A stretch of DNA of 64,000 bases, from positions 124,764,213 through 124,828,212 of the forward strand of contig NC_083402.1 in assembly GCF_020745735.1 (NCBI RefSeq), given 5' to 3'. The notes under the pieces were generated by a model. It had not been told where the DNA came from, did not search any database, and worked only from the letters and a program-made list of their open reading frames with translations. This stretch comes from Hemiscyllium ocellatum. Its lineage: Eukaryota. The position numbers and the translations under genes are program-made. Every line of letters starts with the position of its first letter. Positions within the stretch are counted from its first letter, which is position 1. Positions 1-13,159 of this stretch are shown piece after piece.

Positions 1-272
1 TGTGGCATTTAAAGGTGGCTGAGTGGTGAGTTGTTGCAGGAAGGGTAGGTGGTAAGGTGGGGTGGAAATTGGATATGAGAGATACCATGTAATTAATGAG
101 GTTAGTGTTTTTGGATCGGATGAGTGAACTAACTACGTCTTGGAGCAAGAAATCCTAAAACAAACTGAAAAAAAAATAAGTCTAGGTCAACATCTGTTAT
201 CTATCCTGAATCACCTTTGGGAATGTGTTGGTGAGATGCAGTCCAGATGTATTTTTCTATTTCAAAGATATA

Positions 273-1890
273 GTGTCACAGAGTTATAGAGAGGTATAGC
301 TCAGAAACAGACCCTTTGGTCTAACTCGTCCATGCCAACCAGATGCCCCAACCCAAATCTAGTCCCATCTGCCAGCACCTGGCCCATACCCCTCCAAACC
401 CTTCCTATTCATATATCCATCCAGATGCCTTTCAAATGTTGCAATTGTACCAGCCTCCACCACTTCCTCTGGCAGCTCATTCCATACAAGTACCACCCTC
501 TGCGTAAAAATGTTGCCCCTTAGGTCTGTTTTACATCTTTCTTCTCTCACCCTAAACCTATGCCCTCTAGTTCTGGACTCACCCACCCCAGGGAAAAGAC
601 TTTGTCTATTTATTCTATCGGTGCCCCTCAGGATTTTATAAACATCTATCAGGTCACCCCTCAGCCTCCGACACTGCAGAAAAAACAGCCCCAACCTATT
701 CAGCCTCTCCCTATAGCTCAAATCCTCCAACCTGGCAACATCCTTGTAAATCTTTTCAGAATCTTTTCAATTTTCATAATAACCATCCGATAGGAAGGAG
801 ACCAAATTTTCACACAATATTCCAAATGTGGCCTAACCAATATCCTGTACAGCCGCAACATGACCACCCAACTCCTGTACTCAATACTCTGACCAATAAA
901 GAAAAACATACCAAACACCTTCTTCAGTTTCCTATCTACCTGCCACTCTATTTTCAAGGAGAGATGAACCCGCACTCCAAGGTCTCTTTGTTCAGCAACA
1001 CTCCCTAGGACCTTATCATTAAGTGTATAAGTCCTGCTAAGATTTGCTTTCCCAAAATGCAGCACCAAAATGCATTCATCTAAATTAAACTCCGTCTGCC
1101 ACTCCTCAGCTCATTGGCCCATCTGATCAAGATCCTGTTGTAATCTGAGGTAACCTTTATCGCTGTCTACTACACCTCCAATTTTGGTGTCATCTGCAAA
1201 CTTACTAACTATACCTCCTATACTCGCATCCAAATCATTTATATAAATGATGAAAAGTAGAGGATCTAGCACCGATCTTTGTGGCACTCCACTGGTCACA
1301 GACCTCCAATATGAAAAACCCACCACCCTCTGTCTTCTAACTTTGAGCCAATTCTGTATCCAAATGGCTAGTTCTCCCTGTATTCCATGAGATCTAACCT
1401 TGTTAACCAGTCTCCCATGGCGAACCTTGTCAAACGCCTCACTGAAGTCCATATAGATCACGTCAACTGCTCTGCCCTCATCAATCCTCTCTGTTACTTC
1501 TTCAAAAAACTCAATCAAGTTTGTGAGACATGATTGCCCACACATAAGGTCATGTTGACAATCCCTAGTCAGTCTTTGCCTTTCCAAATACATGTCCCTC
1601 AGGATTCCCTCCAACAACTTGCCCACCACTGACGTCAGGCTCACCAGTCTATAGTTTTCTGGCTTGTCCTTACCACCTTTCTTAAACAGTGGCACCACGT
1701 TAGCTAAGCCCCGGTCTTCCGGCACCTCACCTGTTACTGTCAATGATACAATATCCCACTAAGTGGCCCAGCAATCACTTTGCTAGCTTCCCACAGAGTT
1801 CTAGGGTACACCTGATCAGATCCTGGGGATTTATCCATCTTTATGCATTTCAAGACATCCAGCACCTCCTCCTCTGTAATATGGACAGTT
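273..1890 (-). mobile_element. CR1 LINE, 5'-truncated, decayed ORF2 (reverse transcriptase) plus 3' UTR
   Basis: Minus ORFs 1111-1743, 718-1068 and 359-730 give CR1 RT motifs: NVVPLFKKG, SCLTNLIEFFEEVT, YMDFSEAFDKV, GVPQRSVLDP, FADDTK, RPHLEYC, RRLRGDLI, TRGHRF. Fragments are frameshifted. Confidence 0.95.
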
Positions 1891-1894
1891 TTCA

Positions 1895-2185
1895 ACTTTT
1901 ATATATATATAGTCACAAATGCAGTTTGGCTCCATGCTGTGTTTATCAAGGAAACAGACAAGCTTTAGAGTTCGACTGTATCCAAACAAACAAACAAACT
2001 CTTACTTGAACAAGGTTATTAAATTTCAGCAGGAGGACCTCAGACAGCGGTCTTTCCCTACTGTCCTTGGCGGCAGTTATCCCAAGCTTTAAAGCGAACC
2101 TCAGCACATAGTCCTGAACCTTGGAGTGTACTAGTCTGCAAAATTCAGTGGAGATCAACTGCTTGCTCTGGAAGACCAACAAACT
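1895..2185 (-). mobile_element. L1/Tx1-clade LINE, ORF2 C-terminal fragment and 3' UTR
   Basis: Minus frame LVFQSKQLISTEFCRLVHSKVQDYVLRFALKLGITAAK resembles the C-terminus of fish Tx1-type ORF2; it is followed by an AT-rich tail. Confidence 0.7.
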
Positions 2186-2214
2186 GGTGTAAATGCATAC
2201 ATGGTGCTGGTTGG

Positions 2215-2445
2215 AATGCAGTTTCAGGATTTTGACATTAATGACAGTGAAGGATCAGTGATAATGGTTACCATTTAATCAGACTCATTTGTGACTTGCA
2301 GGTAGTAGTGTTCCAGGTATCTGCTTCCCTTGTCCTTTCAGATGGTTGAGGTTTTGAAGAAAGCTTGGTTAGCTACTACAGTGTGTTTTGTATATGCTAC
2401 ACACTGCAACAACTGTGCCTTGGTGGTGTGACAAATGAATGTTCA
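2215..2445 (-). mobile_element. Old CR1-group LINE ('family B') 3' fragment
   Basis: Similar to the minus-strand copies at 43620-44975 and 51020-52260 (caggattttgac...gcaggtagtagtgttcc...atctgct). Confidence 0.6.
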
Positions 2446-2754
2446 CAATCTTGTTTCTCACATTACAATATTCATAATGTACTTCTTTGAGAAGCAGTGT
2501 ATGATAGGCTAAGAAAATGCAAAAATTCCTTTTTCATTCTGGCTATTCTTAGTGTTACGTCATAGGGTCAGAAAAAGCACAAAGTAGGAAACAAAGAAGC
2601 AAAAGAAGTTTGGTCTTCTCCACTCATAATTGTGGTGTGTTCCCGAGCATATGGAAGTCCTGTGCGATTATACTGCCATTGAAAGATGGCACAGAAAAGA
2701 AAGAAGAGCATTTAAAAAGCTGTTAACTTAATGGATAACTTTCAGGAGCCAAGT

Positions 2755-3030
2755 TCATAATCTCTACCACCCTGAAGAAGAAGGGTAGCAGATGCTTGGA
2801 AACACCATGTTGTGCACGTTACCCTCAAACTCATATAATATCCTCATTTGGAACTATACTAATGTTCCTCCAGTCTTGCAGAACCAAAAGTCCCAAATTC
2901 TCTCCCAGATAGTACTGTGGGTGACACCACATTGACCACAGCAATTCAAGAAAGTCACTTACCCATAACCTTCTCATGAGCAATTAGGGATGGTCAACAA
3001 ATGCTAGCTTTGCCATTGGCACTTCCATAA
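2755..3030 (+). mobile_element. Old CR1-group LINE ('family B') 3' end
   Basis: Matches the 3' end of the plus copy at 24960-25245 (ctagaag...gcagatgc...caattagggatgg...aataaatgctgg). Confidence 0.65.
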
Positions 3031-5632
3031 AGGAAGAAAAAAGTTGGATTCTTTTATAAAACAAAACTAAATAAATTTCTGAACCTAGAGGGAGTAGACC
3101 AAGTGTAGCAATGAAAATGTAGCAGACTAACAGAGACTGAGAGTTCGATGCTACATTGGAAAGTGGAAAACAAAGTTAAATATGTTACCTAACATCAATC
3201 AAATAGATTAGATTGCAAAAGATTGAGCCAGAAGAGTCAAACAGGATTTAACTTTTCTCTAAAGTCTTTAAACCTGACAATCACTAGAACATTAACTCTA
3301 CTCGCAGTTTAGCAGCATGCATGGTTTTAGCCAGGTTGTTTAAAAATCAACATGATTTATCTTCCCATAAGAAGATATGATCCACAATTTTCTGCAGACT
3401 TAGGCAGTTTGTCACAATTCTGCCTCACGTTGCTACAGCTCCTATTTCATTCTGAACAGCAGAAAATATACTTAGGAGTTGATGAATATTAAACTATAAA
3501 TCTGTGGTAATAATGCTTTTCAAAATCCAATACATTTTTAAATTGACTCCCCCAGCAAAATGGTTAACAGACGCTCTTAAAAGCTTGACAAATTATGGTC
3601 TTTTATTAAAAATATAATACACTTGGCATCTGCACTATATATTTTCTATTTTACTATGAAGTTGCTCTCAGTGGATTATTCCACAGATGGGATTTAAGAC
3701 ATACTTCTCACCTTCTCTCTCCAATTCATGACAAACAGCCTGTATGATTACTTACTCGATATAAAAGGGGAGAAGATAACTAAAACATTAAAATGTAAGG
3801 CACAGGTTCAGAATTATTGGCTTACAACATGTTTATAGAATTTCATTGGTAAATTGAACTCAAAGTTAATTGTTCTTCATTAAAATTAATCATAACTCTA
3901 ATTGTAAAAACACAGAAGATACTGTAACTTGCATGGTACATCTCAAACAGTGAATTGATGGAGTAGATGGATTGGTTGAAAGCCATTGTGTGTAGGTGAC
4001 ACGTCAATGGATATTCCAGGATCAAATTTGCCATTTACCTCAGGCAATATTCATGAAAATAAGAGGAAGGACCACCTTATACAGTGAGGGGACGCATCAA
4101 TGTCACAGCCCTGATCTGAGTTATTATAATCTGGAACATGCTATCACACTGTGGAAGCTGATTTACTGGACACTTTCACGAGGGAGACAGACAAGTACTT
4201 GAGGAAGCAACATTTACGTAGCTATAGGGAACGATTGAGGTAGGAATACGTTGATATATCTTTTAAAAAGCTGACATTGTATGATTGGCCTCCTTCTGTG
4301 CTATGTAATTCAATGAAACTTTATTAACATATCACTGTAACTACTCAGTGTTACTTTTATCACAGTAGCCTGATTGAAATTTCCTAAACTGGTTTTACAC
4401 AAGATAGTAAAAGTCATCAGAGAATGGATCCTTTCCATCTGAGGGGAGTTTATATGTCAGCTCAGGGTAAAACATAGCACTGATTGTTACCAGTTGTGTT
4501 ACATCTTTGGAGTGATGTCCCTTTCAGGGAGCAACATGCAAATAAGCCAAGTACACAGATAATGCCAGAAGCTCTTTGCACTGTGTTACTCAAGACATAG
4601 GTTGTGTCTAGAAATTACTCTGTACTATATATATTAGCTTAGCTGCAAATTAGCCCATCAGAGATTTTCAAATAAACTGAATCCATGTTCCTCTTAAGTT
4701 TCCAATTAGGTAACAAAAGAATATTATTACATGGTGTACAGTGTTTAAAACAACACAAAGAAAGTAGGTTTAAAAGCGTGAAGGTCAAACAGAGCAGCAG
4801 CAAACAAAATACAACAGCAATCCAGAGGTTCCCATAGTACAGAGAACATGTCTTTACTAACCATGAGGACCACTAAGTTGGTCCAGTCCAGGAGCCAGAT
4901 TAATCAAACCAATCCTATGTACAGACTATTTTGTTTGAATGGCCTTAATTGAAAATGTGCCTAATTTCAAACAATATAAAAAGAAAATTGCAGCCTACAA
5001 TGAGGAACAGTGCTAAGAGCTTGCAATTATGTGTCCACATCTGGGTACTTGGATCACTCCCATACTGATCGCTTAAAGGGCCATCACTCAAAGGTGATAA
5101 CACAATATTACCAAATTCTCAAGAGGATTGTCTTTGTACCTCCAGGATACTGTAATGAGCAATCTCATGGAAAATTGTCATAGTTTAAGACATAACCTTT
5201 AATCTGGTCCAGTATGTTTATTTAGTTTTAACCAGATTAAAGGTGGAAATGTCAGCTTTATGCATCCAAACTGGTAACAGGAACTGTTGCTAATTTGCTG
5301 TAGGAAGGCAGGGCAGTGTCAAGCAACCAATGGCATGTGTACTTGGAAGCAGGAAATCAAATGATCAAATCTCCATGAATAAGTTCCACCAGGCCTGACA
5401 ACAATCTGGTTCTCTCTATATATTTTTGCCTCTGGAAATCTAAAACTGGAAAGAGCAGTGCTTCTAATCAAATGCAGTAAGGCGCAGTACATCAGTGAGA
5501 TTTCAGCTCAGCTTTGGTTTAATTAGGTTAAACTACAAACATAGCTAAAGCTTAAGAGAATAACTTCACATTTAGCACATTTTTAAATGGACACAGCTTT
5601 ACAATACTGTAAGCAATTAAAAGCTACCTACA

Positions 5633-5820
5633 GTGGATTCTGGATTTCTGAAATAATAACAGAAAGTGCGAGAGAAGCTCTTCATGCTTGACAGCATCTG
5701 TGGAGACAGGAGCAGAATTAATATTTCCAGTCCAATATGACTCTCAATCAATTCAATTGGTTTCTATCTCCGTAGATTCTGTCAGATTTACTAAGTCTCT
5801 CCAGCTTTCTGTTTTATTTG
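5633..5820. mobile_element. Old palindromic PLE terminal-repeat derivative
   Basis: Degenerate inverted arms (aacagaaagtgc...gcatctgtggaga / tctccgtagattctgtcag...ccagctttctgttt) resembling 31718-31952. Confidence 0.55.
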
Positions 5821-6379
5821 TGTGATATTACAGATAAAATTGAAGTATGGGTTATATTATCAATGAAACTAACCCCTGTTTCCCCCAAGGCACATGTCTT
5901 TCCAGTAGGACTTCTAGGTGGCAAAGAAATTAACACCTGTAATGTCTGAAGTGAGAGAGAGGTTGGGAACAATAACGACAATTACTAACTGAAATGACAA
6001 ATCTCTACATTGTACTTTATAGGCCTAATAGGTGGGTTAGCTTGGTAAAAATACTAAAATTGCTGGGAGCATGTTACAAGCTGCAACACACCCGCATAGA
6101 TTTGGATGTTCAAATTGTAAACGGAGACACTCCTTATGACAAGGTCTTCATTTATATACTAAGGCTGTTTAATGATAAATTGTAATATATCATTAAAAAT
6201 GTTGTATATTTTTAAAAGTATATTATAGTGTGTTTTATTGAAATTGCACTGTAAAGGACAGCTCTCAATTCAAATTAAAGCATGATCGCATTGGATTTCC
6301 TCCAGGATTATGAATTTTAACCATATCGGGCCATATCCATTCAGCTTTTCTTCCTGTTTTATCACCTGTGGAGTCCCTG

Positions 6380-6720
6380 AAAATCAGCTTATGATCTTTA
6401 TCTCATCTATCTGCTGCCTTTCAAAAACCTGACCTGTAAATACACATAGTTTTCACGTGCACTCTACAATATTCAACTTGACTTCACCACCACTTTTCTT
6501 GACTCCTTCACTGTCTGTGCATTGTCAGACAACTTATCGGACATCCAATACTAAACGAGCAGAATCTTCTTTCAACTAAATTTTAGGAACAACTAAGCCA
6601 TTGTCTCCCATCCTTGTCAAGAACTCCATTCCCTATCAATCAATTCCATACCTGACCTTGGGAACTCCTTAAGACTAAACCAACCTGTTTGTTAACCTCA
6701 GAAGTTAGTTGGTTCTTGAC
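6380..6720 (+). mobile_element. L2 LINE RT fragment, decayed
   Basis: Translates roughly as LSDNLSDIQY*TSRIFFQLNF..TxAIV, matching the L2 motif L..CL.DI..WM..N.L.LN..KTE. Confidence 0.6.
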
Positions 6721-8264
6721 GACAATATAACACGCATCGAAAGTTTCAAATTTGTGGCATTCACTACATTTTACTTCAATATCATAACAACCAACATTGT
6801 TAAATAGTCATCCAGTTGGCACATCTTTCTCCTGACTTGCAGACAACATATGAGGAACTGTCAGGTGTTATTGTGAAATCACCAAAACATTCAGAATAAC
6901 TTTGAGCACCTTTGGGGAGATCTGTTGAGAAAAAAAATCAATATTCAAATTCTCTTCCTTTCCTACACAAAACCAAAGAGTCTTGACATATTTGGTGGTG
7001 CAGACAGACAGTTCAGAAACCTGTTTTCCATTAAAAAAGATGTCATTTGAAAATTGGGAAATGTCTACATTTTTTTATAAACAAGTCTTGTTTGCTTGCA
7101 CCAACTGTTACTGAAACTTGTTCATTCTCGTCTTCTAATGAAGCATCCCCTTAGCTAATGACATTTTTCTACTCATTGTTGATACCATCAACTTTGCAAA
7201 GAAAAAATGTTGTGGCAAAAATAGAAATTGCTGGAAAAGTTCAGCAGGTCTGAGCTTTTGAGCTACAAATGTTGTGGCAATGCTACTCATAATTTTTCCA
7301 GGAAGTGCCAACTGTTATATTGTTATATTCTTAGGAAAGATTTAGGGATCAATTGTTGTTAGAATTTACATCAAGTGTGCAGCACAACAATTGGATTCTG
7401 AGTAATAATTATTAGTCCGCCAGCCACTTGAGAGCCGCAATTGATACACTTGAGGAAGGTCCAGCGTTTTCAGTCTTAGAGCAAAATTATTTTGAACTTC
7501 TGAACAAGGAGACAAAACAGAGACTGTGGCTTCTTTGCCTTTTAATCTTATTTCACAACACAAACCTACTTTCAAAAGCAGAAAAGAAATGCAGAGGTTC
7601 ATTCATGTTGGCAAATATGCTCCTTTATCCTAAGGAGCTGATGTTGTATTTGTTCAAAATACTAAAATGCCTGTAACACACACCCATCTTAATGAGTAAG
7701 ATGTGTTGAGGTGCAGTCAATCTAGCACAACTTGGATTAACAGTGAGCTCTATGACACACCTAGAATTCTAGTTCAAACTAAATATTGGAGCACAAGTGA
7801 ACCGAACAGAGATCTGATTTGGATTAGACTTAGACATGATGTTCAGGAGCCAAATGGCATACCCCTGCTCCAACCTTTTGTGCCCAGTGCTCTTAGAATT
7901 CTACAGTGGGTTGTGGGTTGCATACTGCCTATGTTTTTCCAATCATTTCAAAAAATGCTTCAAACGCGGTAAACAATATTATGTAGTTGAACTCAAATGT
8001 AGTCAATGAGGAGATTTCGTAAGATACAGCAAGTATCTCACTAGGTTTGACAGAGCGAAACCACCCATGAAACTCAATAACACTGACACTTAGCCAGAAA
8101 AACATAAGATTCAGCTATTTATATCAGACACAAACAAATTGGCCCATTGGATTTAGATATTTAAATCACCTTTGCAACATCAGACATTATTTTCTGACAT
8201 TGCAGATCTGAGAGGTCATCTCATCTGCTGAGAATGCACATCAGAAATTCTGGGCATATTATGG

Positions 8265-8432
8265 AATCATAGAATCATAGTATCCCTACAGTATGGAAAC
8301 AGGCCATTCAGCTCAACAAGTCCACACTGACTCTCCAAAGAGCATCCCATCCAGACCCATTCCCTTACATTTCCCCTGACTAATGTACCTAACCTACACA
8401 TCCCTGAACAGTATGGGCAATTTAGCATGGCC
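8265..8432 (-). mobile_element. HE1-type SINE, 3' part
   Basis: Reverse complement of ggccatgctaaattgcccata...tttccatactgtaggga with a short ATCATAGA-type repeat tail. Confidence 0.8.
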
Positions 8433-8445
8433 AGTCAGAAAATAA

Positions 8446-8581
8446 TGAAGGGCTTCCTGGTGAAGGGCTCCTGCCCGAAACGTCAGTTATACTGCTCCTC
8501 AGATGCTGCCAGCCCTGCTGTGCTTTTCCAGTACCACTTTAATCTTGTCTCTGATCTCCAGCATCTGCAAACCTCACTTTT
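8446..8581 (+). mobile_element. Solo PLE terminal repeat (family A) with 16-bp TSD
   Basis: Flanked by GCCAGTCAGAAAATAA at 8430-8445 and 8582-8597; contains CTGGTGAAGGGCTCCTGCCCGAAACGTC, a hammerhead with one core mutation. Confidence 0.85.
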
Positions 8582-8597
8582 GCCAGTCAGAAAATAA

Positions 8598-9215
8598 AGT
8601 CTACCCTGGGGAAACAAAGCAGATCACTTTCTGCCGACAAAAAAGACACTGACCTTCCAGTTGCCAGCCACTTTAACACACCACCCTGTTCCCTGGCCAA
8701 CATTGCTGTCTCATGCTTGCTGTAGAGCTGCAACAAAACTCAGCGCAAACTGGAAGAACAACACTTCATTTTCCATTTGGGGATCCTGCAGCCGTCCAGA
8801 CTCAATATCAAGTTCAATAATTTTAGGGCCTGAGCTCTCCTGTGTCCCAGTCCCCAACCCCACACATAGTCTGCCATTATACACTACCTGTTGTTAGCTG
8901 CCCATAGTCTCAAAAATAGCAAGTCAGCCTCCCATCCAGATTGTTATCCATTATTTTGTCTGTCCAACTGTTCTTCTCTCTCTCTTTGTGCTCTATCATC
9001 ACCTATTGTTTACTCCTTATCCCTTCCCCCCCACCCCATCTTCTGCATATAAACCAACATTTTCCTAGCTACCATCAGTTCTGAGAAAGGGTCACCAGAC
9101 CTGAAATGATAACTCTGATTTCTGTTCACAGATCTTGCCAGACCTGCTGCGCTTTTCCAGCAACTTCTGTTTTTATTTCTGATTTACAGCATCTACAGTT
9201 CTTTCAGTTTTTATT
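8598..9215 (+). mobile_element. Old Penelope-like element 3' part (GIY-YIG end plus family C terminal repeat)
   Basis: Decayed VASHFN...RKLEEQHFIFHLGILQPSRLNI; ends in agttctgagaaagggtcaccagacctgaaatgataactctg...ccagacctgctg. Confidence 0.8.
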
Positions 9216-10197
9216 TAGTCTGTGTTAGTCTGTTCTCATCTGAATCTCTATTGACTTTACCAGATGAGATATTTCTAGTGGGTGTGTGTATGCATCACAT
9301 AATTGGCCATTATTTAATTGCAAATTGACGTGGTTTATTTGAGTAAATTTGAAGAAGCTAATGTGGAAAATTCAACTGGTGATCAGAAACATGTTTCTGA
9401 CTCTGATATGTAAGTTCCCCTCTCCATATTGCATGCTATTCTTCACCAATGAAAAATTAATGCAGCTTACTGTATGGTAACTATGGGTAAGAATTTTATT
9501 TTTCAGCATTTACAGACTACACTTAGATAATAACAAAATTCCACATATATTGTCACAGTGAGTAGTTAAACATTCTTTTACAGCCAGTGATTGTCAAAGC
9601 ATTTTCATAGATAATACTAGGATTTTCTTACTCTCAGGATGATTGACCCAGTTAAAATAATTGAATCAACAAGCTTTTCCATAGCAGGCATACAGTTTAT
9701 ATGTGTGTTGATGCTGTGGTAAAAAGTAACATCCGGAATAGGTAAGTTATTGTGTGTGAATTGCAAGGAGGTTGAGTTTTAGGTGAACTTGAAGTTTGAG
9801 CAGGTTGGGGAGAATTCTTCTCTCACTTTCAAAGTTTGATGTTTATTATTTTGATAGCTTAGTTGGCTGCATCTGGTTTTAATGTGTTCTGATGAGAGCT
9901 GAGCTTAACAGCAGGTAACTACATGGCTGTCTGATCCATATGACTTGTTAAAAGGCCAAAGTTTTATGACCAGATAAGCTGTGTATCAAATCAATAAATT
10001 TTCTGTGTTGACATTTGAAATTTACCCATTCTGGATTCAGATGAAGGATAGAAGGATAAAATAGGCGGTGAATGGAGACCATTTAAATTTGTCTAAAACA
10101 TATCGGTTTCTTTTTCTTTTTGTTCATGGTGAAGCTTGAAAGATGAGGCATCTAAAAATGTTATAGTCCTTCGGTAATGTTCCATCCTGAAACAAGA

Positions 10198-10522
10198 GGA
10201 TGTGGTGGTTCAGTGGTGAGCACTGCTGCCTCACAGCACCAGGGACGTGGGTTTGATTCCAGTCTTGGGTGACTGTCCGTGTGGCGTTTGTACATTTTCC
10301 CTGGGTCTCTGTGGATTTAGTCTAATTTCCTTCCACAGTTCAAAGAGGTGCAGGTTAAGTGGATTGGTCATGCTAAATTACCCATAGTGTCCAAGGGATG
10401 TACAACTAGGTGGGTTAGCCATGGGGAATGCAGGGTCCCAGGGATAGGTTGGGTCTGGGTGGGATGCTCTTCCAAGAGTCAATGGGTCATGAGCTTCTGC
10501 ACAGTAGTAATTCTATGTATGA
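10198..10522 (+). mobile_element. HE1-type tRNA-derived SINE, near full length
   Basis: tRNA-like head (ggttcagtggtgagcactgctgcctcacagcaccagggacgtgggtttgattcc with A/B boxes) and V-domain body (gattggtcatgctaaattacccatagtg). Confidence 0.9.
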
Positions 10523-12399
10523 TGCTCATATTTAATAATGTATTTGTTTGAATGTCTGATGTTGATAATGCCAAACATAATGCCAAAGCTGAATCACAGT
10601 GATCATTTTAACAGGATTTTAAAGTATTAGCTGAACACACATAAAATACTGGAGCATGAGACAACATATACATAAATGGCTTGTTTATACATAACTGTAG
10701 AATTATATAATCTTTTCACTGAAATTCATGAAAAATTACAGTGATCTCAAAGAATCATTTTGGCATTTAAAGCTAAATATTAAGTGATTTCTGAACTACA
10801 AGAAGTGCTTTCAGAGGAATTACTGAATTTCCTTAACTTTTGGAAAGATGTATTTTCTTGCCACCAAATGTTCCACCATGATGTCTTGGATTGCAAGAGG
10901 CCACAAAATATAAAATAGTCTATTGTCTTTAAAACAAGTAACTATTGAACTACCAGGAGACTGTACATATTGAGCAATGTTGTTCCTGCATCTTGACACC
11001 CTCGATAGACCAGAACTAGTTTTGTTACTCCAAGACTAAGAAATTGTGGTCAATGGTTTTGAGACTAATTTCCATGCAACTTTTTTCACATTATGTTATG
11101 TCTTAACAATTGGAATAAATGACATACACGGGTGAATGTTTGTACAGAAACATCTACAAGCACTGCCCCTTCTATACCTGTCTGCTGAAAAAGCAAAGAC
11201 TTTACAGTCAGGTTACACTCATTGTAAAGGTTATCATTGAAAAGGAGGAATTTCATATGTTAGCAATAACATTTAATTCAGCCCATTTGGTAACATGTGG
11301 GCATCCAGAATTCATTACTTTGAAAACCAAATCACCACATAAAAGCTTTGCATTTCCCATTGGTGGAGCTAATTTCAGCAAAGTCACTGACTCTTTGTTC
11401 AGAGATTCTTTTCAGAAGTACAGGAAACTGAAGTAAAAAAAAAGTTATTGTTTCTTCATTCATCTTCTGAAAGTTAGCATTATTGAACTGTCTGGTTCAG
11501 CCTGAGACAGTGGCCAGGCAAGGGGATGGAGGTTGTGGTCAAGGCTAAAGACAATAGCTTTGCTCTTCTGAATGTTTAGCTGAGTGAAATTATGGATTTG
11601 AGGCAAACAGTTTGATGACACAGAATAATCCTCTTGAGTCTAAATGGCCAGAGTTGGACATGTAGCATTCAAGGCACACCAAACATCTACAGAATGCTAG
11701 CCTCAACTTAAGTCATGTTGCTTTAGTTATGTTTTTTTAACATTCTGTTTGCTGTGTTAGCTGCTGCTCTACAATGACTGGACATTTAAATCTGCAAACT
11801 GAGTTTTGCCAGAATAGTGACCTCACTTCACACACTGGAGCCTAACTCCAGTAAACAACCTGATTATTCTGTCTTACTCTTTCCATTACAGTCATCACAT
11901 CATAGTTATTGGATGTCTGCAGTAGTTCATCTGGAATTGTGGAATAAGTCCTTCTTCAGAGTCTGCCATTGAATATAGTTGAGATTTGTATTAGGAAATA
12001 TTAATGTTTCATACAAATAACAAATGAGCAATAAATGGACAGAAGCAAGTCATACTTACAGAATGAGCAGAGGAATGGAGAGGAAAAATGTGAGACATCA
12101 AATCTGATTTTCTCAGTTCATGAGAAGAGCCTTAGGATTTATTTAAAGGTGCTTTATAAGTGCAAGTTGTTGTTATTACATTTCCTCCAGCACAAAAAAA
12201 AATCAGAGTGCTTCAAACAGCTTATCACCTCAACCAAACAACAATCCTATATTCATGAATCTACATTTAAGTGGGATTTGCATCTGTCAGATTCCTCCAA
12301 GTGTCTTCTTGGTTCAAATAGAATCAAATTCTGCAACGTGGGTTTCCTCTTTAAGGAGTGAGTCCTTGTATTTCAGCTATATAAAAAGTACATTGAAAT

Positions 12400-12620
12400 A
12401 TACATAATTCTCCAATTCTGATCACTTGAACACTTCCAGTATCCATCATATTATCATTTCTGGTCACGCCTTCAGCTGTCTGAGCCCTAAGCTTTAAAAT
12501 GTCTTCCCTCAGCTTCCCAGCCTCACTTACCTCCTTTAATATATTCCTTAAAACCTACCTTGTTGATCACGCTTTTTGTCATCTTTGATAATATCTTGTG
12601 TGGCTTGGTGTGATGTTTTG
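12400..12620 (+). mobile_element. L2 LINE 3' end
   Basis: gccttcagctgtctgagccctaagct...ctcctttaa...ccttaaaacctacct motif shared with 34600-34790. Confidence 0.6.
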
Positions 12621-12639
12621 CCTGATAATTGCTTCTGCT

Positions 12640-13155
12640 GTTCTGAGTGAATACTACACTGTCAGCAGATCAGTACTGAGGGAGCACTACACTGTTGAAG
12701 GGTCAGTAGTGATAAAACACTGCACTATTGCAATTTCAGTGCTGAGGAAGGACTGTCAGTATTAATGAAGCACTTGAACCTTCAGTAGGTAAGTATTGAG
12801 AAAGCACTTTTCTGCTGGAAGGTCAGTATTGTGGAAGTGCTTAGCTGTCAGTCAATCAGTACTGAGTGACTGCTGCACTTCCTGAGGTGCAGTTTTTCAG
12901 ATGAGATATGAAACAAAGGCCACATTTTCTCTCTAAGGTGGATGTAAATGTTGACATGGCACTATTTCAAAGAGCAATGGAGTTCCCCTGGGTGCTCCTG
13001 AGCCAATAATAGTCTCTTAGTCAGCAACACAAGTACAGAAGGTGTGGTCATCATGACAATGCTGTTTGTGGGAGCTTGCTGCACGCATGTTAGTTGTTGC
13101 ATTTCCAATGTGACAGCAGTGTCTTCGCTTCAAAAGTATTTAATTGACTGTAAGG
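12640..13155 (+). mobile_element. Deu-domain SINE (SacSINE1/AmnSINE1-like) with tandemly amplified 33-bp head unit
   Basis: About 7-8 degenerate cagtactgagggagcactgcactgttggaggt units, followed by a Deu-domain-like tract ttttcagatgagatatgaaacaaaggcc...ggtggatgtaaa...catggcactatttcaaagagca. Confidence 0.75.
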
Positions 13156-13159
13156 AACT

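Noticed and set aside
9685-9741. AG...GTAAGT-bounded 57-nt frame RHTVYMCVDAVVKSNIRN
   Set aside because: Unrecognised peptide; such sites are expected by chance in 64 kb.
10198-10265. tRNA-like sequence with A/B boxes
   Set aside because: It is the head of an HE1-type SINE, not a tRNA gene.
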